A DNA stretch of 62,896 bases, counting the filler, from Trichosphaerium sp. ATCC 40318 (Eukaryota; Protista; Tubulinea), in NCBI GenBank assembly GCA_038496445.1. It is 3 parts of 3 records of this genome, joined end to end, with 100 filler letters (N's around TTAATTAATTAA, not from the genome) between each part and the next. Parts side by side here need not be neighbours in the genome. Positions count along the whole stretch, not along the records: positions 1 to 26,745 come from JALMLS010000419.1; 2 more parts are not named here. One strand, given 5' to 3'. The notes under the pieces were generated by a model that was not told the DNA's origin, ran no database searches, and worked only from the letters and a program-made list of their open reading frames with translations. Shown one piece after another: positions 11,749 to 24,161 of this stretch. The number at the start of each line of letters is the position of its first letter. Within the stretch, counting starts at the first letter, position 1. The translations under genes were made by a program, and so were the position numbers.

Positions 11749-11856
11749 ATTTCTACTCGCTATCTGAAGAGTTGTTGTTGTTATTGCTGTCAATTTGTCG
11801 TCGGATCTCTGGTCTATCCTGTTCAAACGTCTGAAATGTGCTTCATGTTCAGTCAT
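11749..11856. repeat. Split direct repeat A1 of the Ngaro element
   Basis: Identical to 7018-7125. Confidence 0.95.
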
Positions 11857-12040
11857 AATTGCCGGCTAGTCAAATAAAACTTTGTACACCCTCTATATTG
11901 TATTGTTATTTCAAGCCCTTTTGTTGTAATTACTTTTAGGAACGTTATGATAAAGAAACAAACAAAAGGCGCAGTGAGGGTGCGGAATGTTCGAAAGTTA
12001 GCTGTTCAAGACAACTAAGCAATCTCGTTTATTTGCATTA

Positions 12041-12658
12041 TCAGTATTCTACTCCAGGTGTGCGGTAGCAAGTACAGTAAAATCCTCTATCTACATAGTC
12101 TCTGTATCGCAGGAAGTTAACCATGTGACAGTTCGCTTTAGATCCAAAAGGTGGAAGAGGAAATGTTACAATACAACAAATACAAAAGTACGGTTGAGGC
12201 TCTTGATGAGCATTTGTTGCTGGAGGGAAAGTGCTGTTTGATGGTGGTGATGCGTATGGAGGAAATGTGCCGTTTGTTGAAGGTGGGAACGTGCCATTTG
12301 TTGACGGCGGAAAAGTGCCATTCATTGATGGTGGAAAGGTACCGTTGGTGGATGGAGGAAATGTGCCATTTGTTGATGTTGGGAACGTTCCATTTGTTGT
12401 AGATGGAGGAAATGTGCCATTAGTTGATGGTGGGTATGTACTGTTTGATGCGTATGGAGGGAATGTTCCATTCGATGGTGGAGTTGGAGGGAAAGTGGCA
12501 TTTATTGATGGAGCGGTTCCATTTGTTGGTAGTTCTGTTGTTTCAGCATTCGAATTTGAGCTTCTACGTTCATTGCGCTCACGCGCACAAGAGGTTGATA
12601 AAACTGTTGCAATCACAGACAACAGTAAAACGATAGCTAACTCATGTTTAAAAAGCAT
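12041..12658 (-). CDS. Secreted Pro/Thr-rich protein with tandem NGTFPPST repeats and Cys-rich C-terminus
   Basis: Signal peptide MLFKHELAIVLLLSVIATVLS; about 12 degenerate 8-aa (24-nt) repeats; C-terminal CICC..C..CTC. Confidence 0.75.
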   Translation of the reverse strand: MLFKHELAIVLLLSVIATVLSTSCARERNERRSSNSNAETTELPTNGTAPSINATFPPTPPSNGTFPPYASNSTYPPSTNGTFPPSTTNGTFPTSTNGTFPPSTNGTFPPSMNGTFPPSTNGTFPPSTNGTFPPYASPPSNSTFPPATNAHQEPQPYFCICCIVTFPLPPFGSKANCHMVNFLRYRDYVDRGFYCTCYRTPGVEY

Positions 12659-13386
12659 TGGAGTTGTTGCTTGTACGGTTGATACTAAAGTGAATAGACT
12701 GTTTAGGAATTTTTGTGAACCACAGAAAGTGCATTTTAGGGAATACACTATCACGTGATAGAAAAAAAATGCAAGATGCATTTTGGTTACAAAACAGTGT
12801 ACTAGGTTGCTTGCACTCAGATTTGCAACAATTGCTTTGTACTAAGTTTATTTCCTAGCGAGAAAATAAGGAAACAAAGTGTTATCACTCTTGTCAACTG
12901 TGGAAACACAAAATAAAACTCAAGTATTTCCACTTGAAATAACACACTGTGTTGATCAATTTGCTATTAACATGTAGTACCCTTTTTTTTAATTCGAACA
13001 GTCTTAGTTCCAAAAGTTCCGAGTTTCTCCAGAGACTACACTCAAAAAAAAGGCATTGTTTGCTTGTTCGGATTCATATCAATTCGTTCAATATTGGCTT
13101 GATAAACTCATCTTTTCAGATATTCTCTTATTGTTAAAAAAGGCTCAAAAAAGTTCGAGTTTTCTCGAGAAATTATGTGTACTGGAAACGACACTGAAGT
13201 ACTTTGTTTGTTTCATTTAGTTGTAGACTAAACAACGTTATACTAATGCCATAATCACCAAATATGGCATTAAGAGTAAAGTAAACTGAACCTTGAAAAC
13301 AGATAGCTCAAACAACCAATGGTGAGTAATATCGTGTTTTGTAAAAAAAAAGTAAAGTACACCTTTATTCTTTACAATTGCAGGTG

Positions 13387-14298
13387 CTACATTTTTTGAT
13401 CCGTTGTGACTTCATATTGAGGTACATTATTTACAACGCGTCTGGTAACATCTCTTGAAATCTTACTACAATAGCGAATATACAACTTCTTTAAGAACTT
13501 TTTTTTTTCATCTTGATCCAATAAGTAGTTAATACCTTTATCACAAATACCTTCACAACCAGTCAAATCAATGCTAAAAGCGCCAACAAGGCCCATGATA
13601 CCTTTGCTTGTTATTCTTTCACAGTACCTCAATACAATACTTTTGACTCCTGACAATGCCAACAATCCATCGTCCTCTATTGGAGCACTGCAAAGATTAA
13701 TTGTATGAACACCTGATAGAGCCTTATAACCCTCTACAGTTATATCAGTGTTGTATCCACTCAAGTTTATTGTATGAACACCAGAAAGAGCTTTAAGGCC
13801 TTTGTCCGTTATTTTACAACAGTACCCTAGGTCAATCGTGTGAACACCATGAAGTTGTTTAAGACAATCATCTGTTACATAATCAAGTGCAATAAAAGAA
13901 CGTCGTCTGGTTTCTCTTCGATTCAGGTCAATTGTATGGACACCAGCGAGTGCCTTGAATCCATTTGGTGTTATTTTTATAGGGCGGGTGTAAAAAGTAC
14001 ATCTTAGAACAAGGTTACGGACACCAGCAAGTTTGGAAAGGTCTTCATCTGTTGCTCTGTATAATCGTAAAATAATTTTAGTATTTTTTAACAGTGGACT
14101 ACCGGACAGTATATCTAGTTTGTGTTTTACAGTATTTGATACTCTAATACAATGATAACCAACATGATTCTGGATTACATCAAATAACAGTTTGCATGTG
14201 AATGAAGATGCTATCTGACTTCTTTTTCCCATAAACCTGAAAATAATAGCAAGAATTTCTGGAGGTGTATCTAAAAAGGTATCCTGTTGTCTTGACAT
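13387..14298 (-). CDS. F-box plus leucine-rich repeat protein, intronless
   Basis: N-terminal FLDTPPEILAIIFRFM...SFTCK F-box-like motif; repeats GVHTIDLxxCxxITDxGLKAL. Confidence 0.8.
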   Translation of the reverse strand: MSRQQDTFLDTPPEILAIIFRFMGKRSQIASSFTCKLLFDVIQNHVGYHCIRVSNTVKHKLDILSGSPLLKNTKIILRLYRATDEDLSKLAGVRNLVLRCTFYTRPIKITPNGFKALAGVHTIDLNRRETRRRSFIALDYVTDDCLKQLHGVHTIDLGYCCKITDKGLKALSGVHTINLSGYNTDITVEGYKALSGVHTINLCSAPIEDDGLLALSGVKSIVLRYCERITSKGIMGLVGAFSIDLTGCEGICDKGINYLLDQDEKKKFLKKLYIRYCSKISRDVTRRVVNNVPQYEVTTDQKM

Positions 14299-15068
14299 GA
14301 TGGATTTCTTTGTCTCTTGTTTCAAAGTAAGGTTGTAAAATGAATCATAGTTAAACAATAACGCACTTTATCACACGTAGAACTTTTGTTTCAAGGTCTT
14401 GAGAACGGTATATTACGTAGAAATCTTCGCTAACAAAAAAAAATTTAAAAGCTGCACGTGCTGCTAAGAGAAAAACAAGAAAAACAATGCGTAACCCTCT
14501 GCAGCAACGAGAGAATACGTTTTAACACGATAGACAGGAATAAACGCGTAGTATAGTGTGGTAGACTGTAAATCAGTTTTTGAGACTTAAATTGATACTC
14601 GTTTGGAGGCCAGCACGCGAAAGAAACAGTTTGTTTGATTAAATCGTCGCTCAACTGACAAAGTTTGTATCATTGGTTTAACTAAGCGTACAATTAATGC
14701 TGTGATATCCTCCAAAAGTATCTTCAGAAGCGACAGCCGGCAGTACTGAAATGTGATTAACACCAAACAGATTGGTTCTTTGTCAGTCAACGCGTAAATG
14801 TTACTTAACAACAAATAAATAAGTACTAAACAATATCTCTGAGTAATTCTTATGTTCATGTATGTTTTCAGATCTATGCACATTGTAGGAAACGGAGTAC
14901 AATCAAAGGTAGAACGAGAATATCAACACAGCACCTCCCGCTAGTGTACTATTTATTCAAGGGTCCAAAATGGGATTGCATTTCACACTCACGTTTTCGA
15001 AGGCACTTGTTACAATTGATGAAGAATAAATTGTAAGGGGTAGCTGAACAAGTTCATGTTTATTTGTT

Positions 15069-16605
15069 TTACAATCTAAGAAGCACTTTTACTTCAACAT
15101 CTTCTTTCATAATACATTTAAGACTCAACTCGCCGTCAGGTCTCCAACGTTGAAGTGTTCCCTCTTTTTTACCATCTTTATAATTACATTGTGAAGCAAG
15201 TTGTCCATTAAGATGCCATGTCTTGAAAGTGTTGGAACGTTTTCCTTTCCTATAAATAACAGACGATTTTATTTGGCCATTATCATACCAGACCTGTTGT
15301 AATCCATTCTTTTCATCACTCCTCATAAAACACGTGCCTTTGATATTACCACTACTATACCACCATTTCAAATCACCTTCTTTTTTACCATTGTAGTAAA
15401 TGCATTGTCTCGAAAGAACACCATTGTCGTGAAATTGTTGATATTGTCCTTCTGGCTTATTATTCTTTGCTGTGTATCGCTCTTGTATTTCTCCATTTGA
15501 GTGCCATTGCTCACATAAACCCTCTTCTTTATCACGTTTGTAATACTTTTGTACTCGCAGTTGGCCATTCTCATGCCATTCTTTGAATACACCTTCTCTT
15601 TTATTGTTTTTCGAAAAGTACTTCATTTGAAGCGCTCCTGTCTTGTACCATTGTTTGGTTTTACCATTTCTCATACCATTACGCATTCTACAACGTATAT
15701 GACGTTTTCCATCATCGTAAAAGTGCTGATAAATGCCATGGTAGTCTCCGTTTTTCTTTGTGAATTTTTGAGTCATTTTACCGTCTTTGTTGAATACTTG
15801 ACATAACCCGTCTTCTTTTCCCTCTCTGTAGGAGTATATGGTCGCTAAGGTTCCATTACTATACCAAGTTCGGCCATAGCCATTCTTCAATCCGTTTCCC
15901 ATACGAAACTTTGCTTGCTGTTCCCCATTCTTATACCAATGGCGACGAACTCCGTTTTCTTCAGAATCAATAAAACGTGTTCTCACAGCAAGTTTACCAT
16001 TATCATGCCAGCGAAACCACGTGCCATGTTTTTCGAGAGAATCATTAAAAAGAGTACGTGTAGCTGCTTTCTTAGATAATAAGGACCTAAAACAATTTAT
16101 TTAGAATACAAGGTTTTAGAGAAAGTCGGACTTGATGTTCGAAATGTTCGAGAACTTTTTTAGATTTCCCAAAAAAATTCGAAAACAATTTCTAAAACGC
16201 ACCATTTGGTAAAAACTTCCTTGTCAAGCGACACTATATATTGTTGTATTTCTGGTGGTAATAACAGAACGGGTAAATCGTCTTTAAGATTTTTTAGAGA
16301 CAAGAACTGTCTTCTATCGCCTTTTCTGCAAAAAACGTATTAGACGCGTAAAGCGAGTATTCTCCACGTTTTTCCGTCCTTCCACGGAAAAACAAACTGA
16401 CTTTCGAGCAACCGCAGCGCGAAAGATGCTGTTGGCGTAAAGCTAGCACGAAAAACAAATTGTTGACGTACTTGAGTTCTTTAGAAGTTGCGTAGCTTAC
16501 CATTTATTGCTCTTGGGGTAAAAATACTTTGTCGGTTTTTGCCAGCAAAAATCCTTGTTCACTAAAATCCTCCAAACTACGCAAAAGTTCTCTAAAAACT
16601 ACCAT
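15069..16605 (-). CDS. MORN-variant (YwqK-like) repeat protein with N-terminal F-box-like segment, multi-exon
   Basis: More than 12 repeats of WYxNGxxxxxxxYKxGKxEG. The upstream exon LLLPPEIQQYIVSL joins in frame via intron 16087-16202; further 5' exons are approximate. Confidence 0.75.
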
Positions 16606-17788
16606 TGCGTATACTGTTGTTATAGCATAAGTAACATTGTCCTATATCTATTTCAGCGTCGGTAGTGAATTATCCGCCATGATGTTTGGGTGTATTCAGG
16701 TAATAACACGTGACATCACAGTGTTGTTGTTTTTTGCTTGTCTTGCGATATAATCTACACTTGTAACTATTCTTCATTATAAGGGTCACTATTTTCAAAA
16801 AGAATCACGTGTTGTCTCCATTCTACTCGAGGAGTGCGGCGCTCCGCGAATACTCGTGGTACTACACCTACACAACACAGCAAGCTATCTAAAACAAATA
16901 CGCTATCAACGCTTGATACATGTATTGTATCTGCCGAGATCCTAAGCCTTAATATCCCCATTCATACGACTTAATCACATGGCATAAAACAGTACGCAGT
17001 TTGTCATGGCGTGTCGTTTAGTGTACATTACAACATTTTCTGGTTTAACAAGCTTGTACACAACTTATCACGCGTTACAATTCATAAAGGATCTTCTACA
17101 ACACTTCGTTTATCGTACTAACGATTTCAGTAGCGAAAGTTTCACAAAACGACCAATCAATAGGCGCGACGTTGGATTCAACACAAAGGGTATGTATTTA
17201 AGTGTCTGCCCGGTGCTTGAATTTTGCGTGTCACTGCATGTGTATTGTGACAACTCCAAAGATCCATAACTGAAGCCACATCTATTTTATTGCCCTAGCA
17301 CTAATCTTGTAGACATTTCAGAGTCTTACAATGACTACAAGTGTGCATTACTACTAAACTCTCAAATTTCAGTTCGCGGGAAATGTATGTCACTCATTTT
17401 AATGACATTGATATTCTCAATGGGGTCTTGTATTGAACACTCTACGTCACTTGCCTATACACCAACCATATCACGTTATTTTGTATTATCTCAGGTGGTG
17501 CGTGATCAATTCATGGACACTGCTAAAAAAAACAGAAAAATGTGGACGCTGTGAATTTCGTCATGTCCTGGCCTATCAAATGCTTCAATATGAGATTTTG
17601 CTGTTTGTATACAATATTGAGCATGATTCCCATACCTGTAAAAAAGAAACAAACAATTAAAAGTTGACTGCTGTGTGTATGGTTGCGTTGAAAAAAGTTG
17701 AAATTCTTATGAACCGGGAGTTTCTTTCTTATGAACACGCCAGTGTATATTAACAACCATTTATTTGTTAACAATAGATGGTAGACCA

Positions 17789-18801
17789 TTATTTTGTTGT
17801 TTGAGTTTCATTAATTGCTTTTGCAAGCCATTCCAGACCCTAAACGTAATTAGCAAAAAACAAAAAAGTTGGAAAGTAGTTAATTAACAACTGAATAGCG
17901 TCACCTCCATCAACCCGTCTTCGGTTACAGCGCTACATGCTTGCATGTACCATTTTCTACTGGTAGGCCACATATTTATACCCAGTTTACCAACGACCTA
18001 ACCAAACAATTACAAAACAAAAAAAACAAAAAAACAAAAAAAAAAACCCCAGAACGTACTGTTTTTGTTGACATTGCATCAGGAAGATCTATTGTGTATG
18101 CGTTAATATTAAAACTATAAAAGAAAGATATAATATCTAGTGAAACTATGTGTACCTTGTTTATTTGCAAAGAATAAAATAGGAATTTCTTCAAGTTTGG
18201 CGTGGGTTTTGTAAGTATGTTCTAATTCTTCTTTGATTTGAGCAATACGCTCTTCATTTGTGTCATTACTATCAATAACAAAAATAATACCATCACAACC
18301 TACAGAAGGAGTTTTGTTGAGTCGACCGTTAGCGGAGAGCTATATTTACCTTCGTCGTATAGAATACGGTATGTTCTGTGTATCTATAGCGGTGATAAGT
18401 GAAAGAGTTTAGTTCTAAAGGTTTAAGCGTTTTACCCCATTTGTACTACCTAATTCGCGTCAAAAGCTGATTTTGAGTTCTTAGCAGTGGTTTTTAGCGT
18501 GCCGTACAATCAAAAGAAGTAATTTTTACATTGCTAGTTACAACTGACTCTACATTTAAACCAAGAGCGGAAATAGTATTAACAACTTCCCCTATCTTGT
18601 ATTCCAGCATTTTAATACATTTTCGTTACATTGTATACAAAGTACCTGCATTTTGTTCAAAATAGTTGTCTACACATTGTCAGTACTATTTTAGCGCGTA
18701 AGGTGTACTTTTCCAGCTGCATCTAAACCAACTATAAATATCGTCTTTTGGTTTGCCCATTGTCGGCCAAAAGCCTTGTATTTACTAGATGTGAGGCCCA
18801 T
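17789..18801 (-). CDS. Divergent Arf/Arl-family GTPase split by about 8 short introns
   Basis: MGLTSS...IFIVGLDAAGK|TTILNKMQ|IGEVVNTISALGLNVESV...GCDGIIFVIDSND...ILFFANKQ|DLPDAMS...WYMQACSAVTEDG...GLEWLAKAINETQTTK*. Confidence 0.8.
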
Positions 18802-18929
18802 AATACAGAACACAGTTTTTTAAGGCTTTTTAGAAGATGACGACGTTGCGTATTCACTGATTTAGATTAAGTTGTGTTTAGTGGATGCCTTGGCACGTTT
18901 GCTTGCAATCTTTTGTTGTCTTGACTTTC

Positions 18930-21100
18930 AATTTTGTTTACTAGGGTTTTTTACACATTCTACACTGTTGTAGTTAACATATTGTTGGCACTTTTTGTTC
19001 TTTGAGGGATACAATCTACACTTGTTTTTTTTTTGATCGCTCTTACACTCCACCATTTTCTTGATTTCCAAGTACTGTGAGCACTTAAACTGCGTTGTAG
19101 AGAAGTCATTGAATCTCTGGGCTCCAAACCATCCAAAGCCGTTTTGAATAGATTGCTATCAAGTTCTGATTTAGCAACAGAGTCTTCTTTTGACGAAGAG
19201 TCATCTTCAAAATCAGGTTGCCTAAAAAATGTGAGAAAAAAAAAACCCCGCGTTTTGAGGCTTGTTACTTACCTGGTGTTCAAAAAAATACGTGTTCTTG
19301 TTGGATTTGATCTTGATGTGAATTGACTATCAGCATAGTTTGTTTGCTTGCGCTTAGGAGGAGCCAATGCCAGGAGTTGTATCAAAATGAGCACATGAAG
19401 TACATTCCAAAATAGCCAATAGAATATTATTCTTGATGTTACACCACGTGTCATACCAACTCTATCATTTTATCATAAGAATAAAATAAGGATATTACTA
19501 GATCATCGATACGTACGCAAACCCAATGAAGAAACCATAAATACATAGTAAAAGCAGAATAACTGAACCAAGTCGTACTTTGATCTAGCAGATATGTAAA
19601 TAATATCGATGTATCCATCGTACCCAAAACAACTCCGTTGTTGCTGTTCCTTTGTTTCTCTGGCGTATATCTTTAACGCGCTTTTGAAGACGATATAGTG
19701 TTAAACTACAATAACCGAGGAGGCATGTAGAAGAAGCTAAATAAATAGAAGGACTAAAAAACCTGGCCCATGTAGGAAGCTTCATTAAGTTAACTTGTGA
19801 TGTTGCACTTGTTTTCGTACGATGAAGAACACTTCTAGGATTGAAAAGAATACTTGCTGTGCTATAAGAAATGTAATCCAAATATAAAAGGCCCACCTTG
19901 ATTAAGTTAGAGAAGAAACCTCAAAAAGAAAAAAGAATATCTTCAAAAAAAAAACGCACTTAAAACGAAGTAACCCAGGATTGATTTGAACTTTAAGTGA
20001 TCCCAATAAATTATGCCTATTAGAACTTACAAATACGGTCATACAGCAATCCGTACCACCAAAGAGCCATCAGAAAGAGAGGAGCAAGAACAAGCGGTAA
20101 AGGCAAAGTAAAAACTACACGTTTAAAGCTGTAGTGGTAAACTTTGTGTGCTCCCAAAGGATCGATTCCAAAGCTCAAAAACATAGCTAGCACGTGTTAA
20201 CAACACCATAAAATTACTTTTTTTCGTAGTACTGAAAATAGCAACCAAGCATAGTATCACACAAGATAAACCAACAGTAAGCTTACATCCCGTTCCAAGC
20301 AATAAATGCTGATACAGCCTTCAAGCAGTATTAGATTCGTTTCTGTACATCTCTTACCTGTACAAACCTAATACCGTATTGCAAAATAGGAAAATGAGAA
20401 GCGTAAAATGCCACACCCACATCCAGGGAGACTCCAAAGCATCCATATAATTATTCGATTCTGAGAATACATTGGTTTTTCAACACGTGGAATAACATAT
20501 TATTACGTTACCTGTCTCTAGTCGTATTTTAAGAAATCCCTTTACATCTAATACTGCGTCTATATCTTTAATAACGACTGTAGCTATTGGTATGTGGATA
20601 TCAGAACGATCAGAACCGTCTACATCGTACATCTCCTACAACAATATAATTAAACTTAGCGATTAAATAGGCTGGCATACATCACCAGGTGTGTCCGTTG
20701 GGAATCCTAACACGCCACATAATACACCAATAGCGCCTTCAGATTGTAAAAGTCTATACTTTTGTTCATAAGGCGCCTTACAATGGCGTATTAGAACGAT
20801 ATTGCCTAAACATGCCAACATTCAGAAAAATCATTTCTACTGTAAGAAAAAAAAAACTTCAAACTTGCCAGATATGTTGTTATGATGCTTCTCAACTACT
20901 AGCCCTTCAAAAGGACGGAAATGTATCGTATTCCCCTCGTATTCTTGAGGCCATATGGGGAAACTACTATTTTGTATTTCCAACGGCTCTATGACATATG
21001 CCCTGGACTCCACGTGCGAAATCAAGCCAAAAATAACTGTAACAAATTCAGTACTTGTGAAAACAAAATAAAAAGGGCGAAACAAAACCAAAACTGATCA
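18930..21100 (-). CDS. PA (protease-associated) domain plus multi-pass transmembrane protein, multi-exon
   Basis: GNIVLIRHCKAPYEQKYRLLQSEGAIGVL...DIHIPIATV (PA-like), then several hydrophobic helices and a Ser/acidic tail. Both ends are approximate. Confidence 0.55.
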
Positions 21101-21449
21101 ACACGCACTAATTATAGCCAATCCTCTAAGTACTATACCACGTGATAAACATCGAGGTATTAAAATCATCGTGTGGTTCGATAAATTCGGAGTCTGATGG
21201 AATAGGCTGTATTAAAGCCAAAAGAAGAGAAATAAGTCTTTCCTGCGCTCTTGTTAGTTTTGTGGATATCATGGAGACGCCAAATTTACCGAAAAGTAAA
21301 TTATTGTCGTAAAGTTATATATTAACGAAAAGTCTTTTGGAAATAAACGTACACTATTAATGTATTGTCAAGAAAGCGCTGCGGGGTTAGAAATTACTTC
21401 CAAACTGCTTAAAATCATGTGATTGATTTCGCTATTCCTGGTATTAAGT

Positions 21450-23644
21450 CAGCTTGCTAAGTCATTTTCTCATTTCCATTTTGTTCTCTATCAAGTGCTC
21501 ATGATCTATTTTGGTGTGGGAGGTGGTTTTTTGCATAGGTTGTTGTATACATATTGTTTTATTCAATGATATTTTTTATACACTTTGTTTTTTTGTTGAA
21601 GACTTCGAGACATACATATATGACTTTGAAACTTATTCTAGATATTCTTATCAACTCCAATGACTTCAATATCTTTATCTTTAAAATAAGAAAATTAGAA
21701 TGGTCACTACAAGTGTCCTGGTAATAACCAAGGCTCAAACCAAAATATATTTTAAAAAAAAAGAATGTTGCTTGTTAGAAAGATTGACGTACCAACGTTA
21801 TTTATAGCACCATCGATTTCACTTTGCCATGTTTGTAAAATATCATAAGCGCTTTCTTTATGCTCAATCTTATCTAATCCATGCTCATGATCCTTTTTCA
21901 ATCCAATTGTATGCTTCAAAACAAGCAATATTAAAATAGTCCACACAGCAGACCAAGCAGCAGCTACACCAACAGCCAGAAGCTGAACGCCAATCAAAGA
22001 CGGATAACCTACAAACACAAAGTAAGATTCTCACGAACGCAAACAATCGAAGGCTTCAAAGAAGACTTCAGCATAAGCAACAACAAAACCAAAAAATTCA
22101 ACTTAAAAGATGGTACCGTCTATCCATCCACCATGAACTATACCAGGATTGATCTTCTTTGATGCAACGAAACCGATAGCGATACTACCAATAACTCCTG
22201 TTATACCATGAACACTGGAAACATCCAGAGCGTCATCTATATGAAGCTTTCCTAAAGTAAAAAATCTCAGCGAACAACAAGTTAAGATATGCCATACCTT
22301 TAATGAGCCAAACAGCAAAAAACGAACCAAGTCCAAGTATCAAGCCAATGACACTTGCACTCTGGTTTGATACATATCCAGAACATGGCGTAATGCCTTT
22401 AACAAAGTTATTAAACAAAAAGTCACGTGAAAGAGGTAAAAAGAGTTTACCAGCTAATCCGCCAACAACACCATTCAGTACACTAACCAGAGATGGATTT
22501 CCTTGAAGTGTCGATATTAATAACCATACTGACCCTGACATTGCTCCAGCTATTTGAGTATTGACAATTGTTCTTGCAGCTAAGCTTCCAGAACTCAATG
22601 CGCTTCCAGCGTTGAATCCAAACTAAAGAAAGAGTCATAAGAAAACATACGTCATAAAAATTCGCTTAATTACCCAGCCAATCCACAACAAAGCTGCTCC
22701 AACAGTGGCAAGAGGTAAGTTACTAGGTGGAAATTCTCCGTGGTGAATATGAAACCCTTCACGTTTACCAAGAACTACAAAAATGTTAGAAATAATATCT
22801 CACTTAATTTTATGAACCTAGTGCCGAAATGAATGCTCCTAATCTTTTGGTTAGTTTGACTTATAACTTTGACTATATTTATACCTGCTCCAGCACTTGT
22901 ATGGATGACAATACCTCCGGCAAAATCCAACGCATGCATACGATGCAACCAGCCACTATTTTACGAAATTGTTAGCGATTTTTTGGGGTTTTGTTGTTGT
23001 GTACTTGTGTCCCCATATCCAATGAGCTAGTGGATAGTACACTATAATCTCCCATAATATCGTGAATATCATGAATGACTTAAACTTTAGGCGTTCAGCA
23101 TAAGCACCTACATAACAATTAAAGTTAAAAAACAAGTGTCTTCAAAAAAGAGTTGTTTGTCATCATACCTGTCATCAACAATGGCGTGATGGCAGCGAAC
23201 ATCATCTGAAACGCTCCAAATAATTCACCTGGTATAGTCGGTGCGTATTGAGATAAACACTTTGTATGTGATAAGTTAAGGAACAAGAAATGTTTATGAT
23301 TTCCAATCAATCCGGCCTACATTTTATCAGCAAAAATTTTTCTTGTTGTTTTGTGGTTCCCGCTCATAACCCCAGTTATTTTTTTGGTGAAATTATGGTT
23401 TATCACGTGCCTGGTCAGGTCCGAATGTAAGAGAAAAGCCAAACAAGTACCACATGGTGCTCAATACTGACAAACCGCCCATGACTTGAAGAGAGATGCT
23501 AACGCTGTTTTTAGACCTCAGGAGGCCTGCTTCGAAGAGAGCGAGCCCAGGCATCATACCAAGCACGAGAACAGTTGCTGTAGCTACCCATGAAGTATCT
23601 CCTGGACTAACACATTCAACAGTTGAATTTCCACTCATAAGCAT
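21450..23644 (-). CDS. amt: Ammonium transporter (Amt/Mep family), multi-exon
   Basis: DTSWVATATVLVLGMMPGLALFEAGLLRSKN, FQMMFAAITP, AERLKF, YYPLAHWIWG, DFAGGIVIHTSAG, LLWIGW-FGFNAGS, GITPCSGYV, DDALDVSSVHGITG (twin-His). The 3' end is approximate. Confidence 0.92.
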
Positions 23645-24161
23645 CGTGGAAGGTCTGACGAGCGTAATTTAATGGTGCTGATCGCTATTAGGAATAATTG
23701 TGCGTTTATCCGCTTTTGTAGTAAACAATTATTAAGAGCGGTGCGTACGCGGTATCCACGCTGAGTTGCAATGGTTTTGAACGTTTAAAAAGTAGTGCGA
23801 AAAGTTAAGCCATTCTTAGTCGTAAAATAGACCTGACGTTACTATAAGTGACATATTTGGCGTAACGAGTTGTATGAGTGATACATGTAAGTATGTTCAT
23901 GTTAAAAGAAGTTGTAATAAACGAAAATAAAATAGTGTGATAAATGGCATACTAACGTTATTTTCGCGTAGACAGGATGATTGATGACGTTTGAAAGTAG
24001 TTTGGGGTTTTGTTGAAAAAAATAAAACTAGTATTTGACAAAACATGTCCAAACAGGAGAAACTAAAGTCTACAAAGCTTTGTCGAAAAACGCCAGTATC
24101 GTTAAGCTTCAACAACAACTTAACGCGTAGATAAAGTTCGTTTTTGTACTGCAACTTGCGC

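Larger units (their letters stand above)
6809..11856 (-). mobile_element. Full-length Ngaro-like tyrosine-recombinase (DIRS order) retrotransposon with split direct repeats A1-gag-RT/RH-YR-B1-A2-spacer-B2
   Basis: A1 11749-11856 equals A2 7018-7125 (108 bp) and B1 7126-7241 equals B2 6811-6926 (116 bp), identical by eye. Gag, RT-RNaseH and YR ORFs are in order. No methyltransferase domain follows RNaseH, which fits Ngaro rather than DIRS1/PAT. Confidence 0.92.

Noticed and set aside
7622-11877. Plus-strand ORFs antisense to the Ngaro genes (e.g. 8671-9225, 11122-11877)
   Set aside because: Shadow ORFs of the minus-strand coding frames, with no motifs of their own.
12231-12758. Plus-strand GGNVPFVD repeat ORF
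   Set aside because: Antisense of the NGTFPPST gene, which has the signal peptide and Cys domain.
16650-17660. Possible plus-strand multi-exon gene
   Set aside because: The short frames could not be joined into a convincing model and show no motif.
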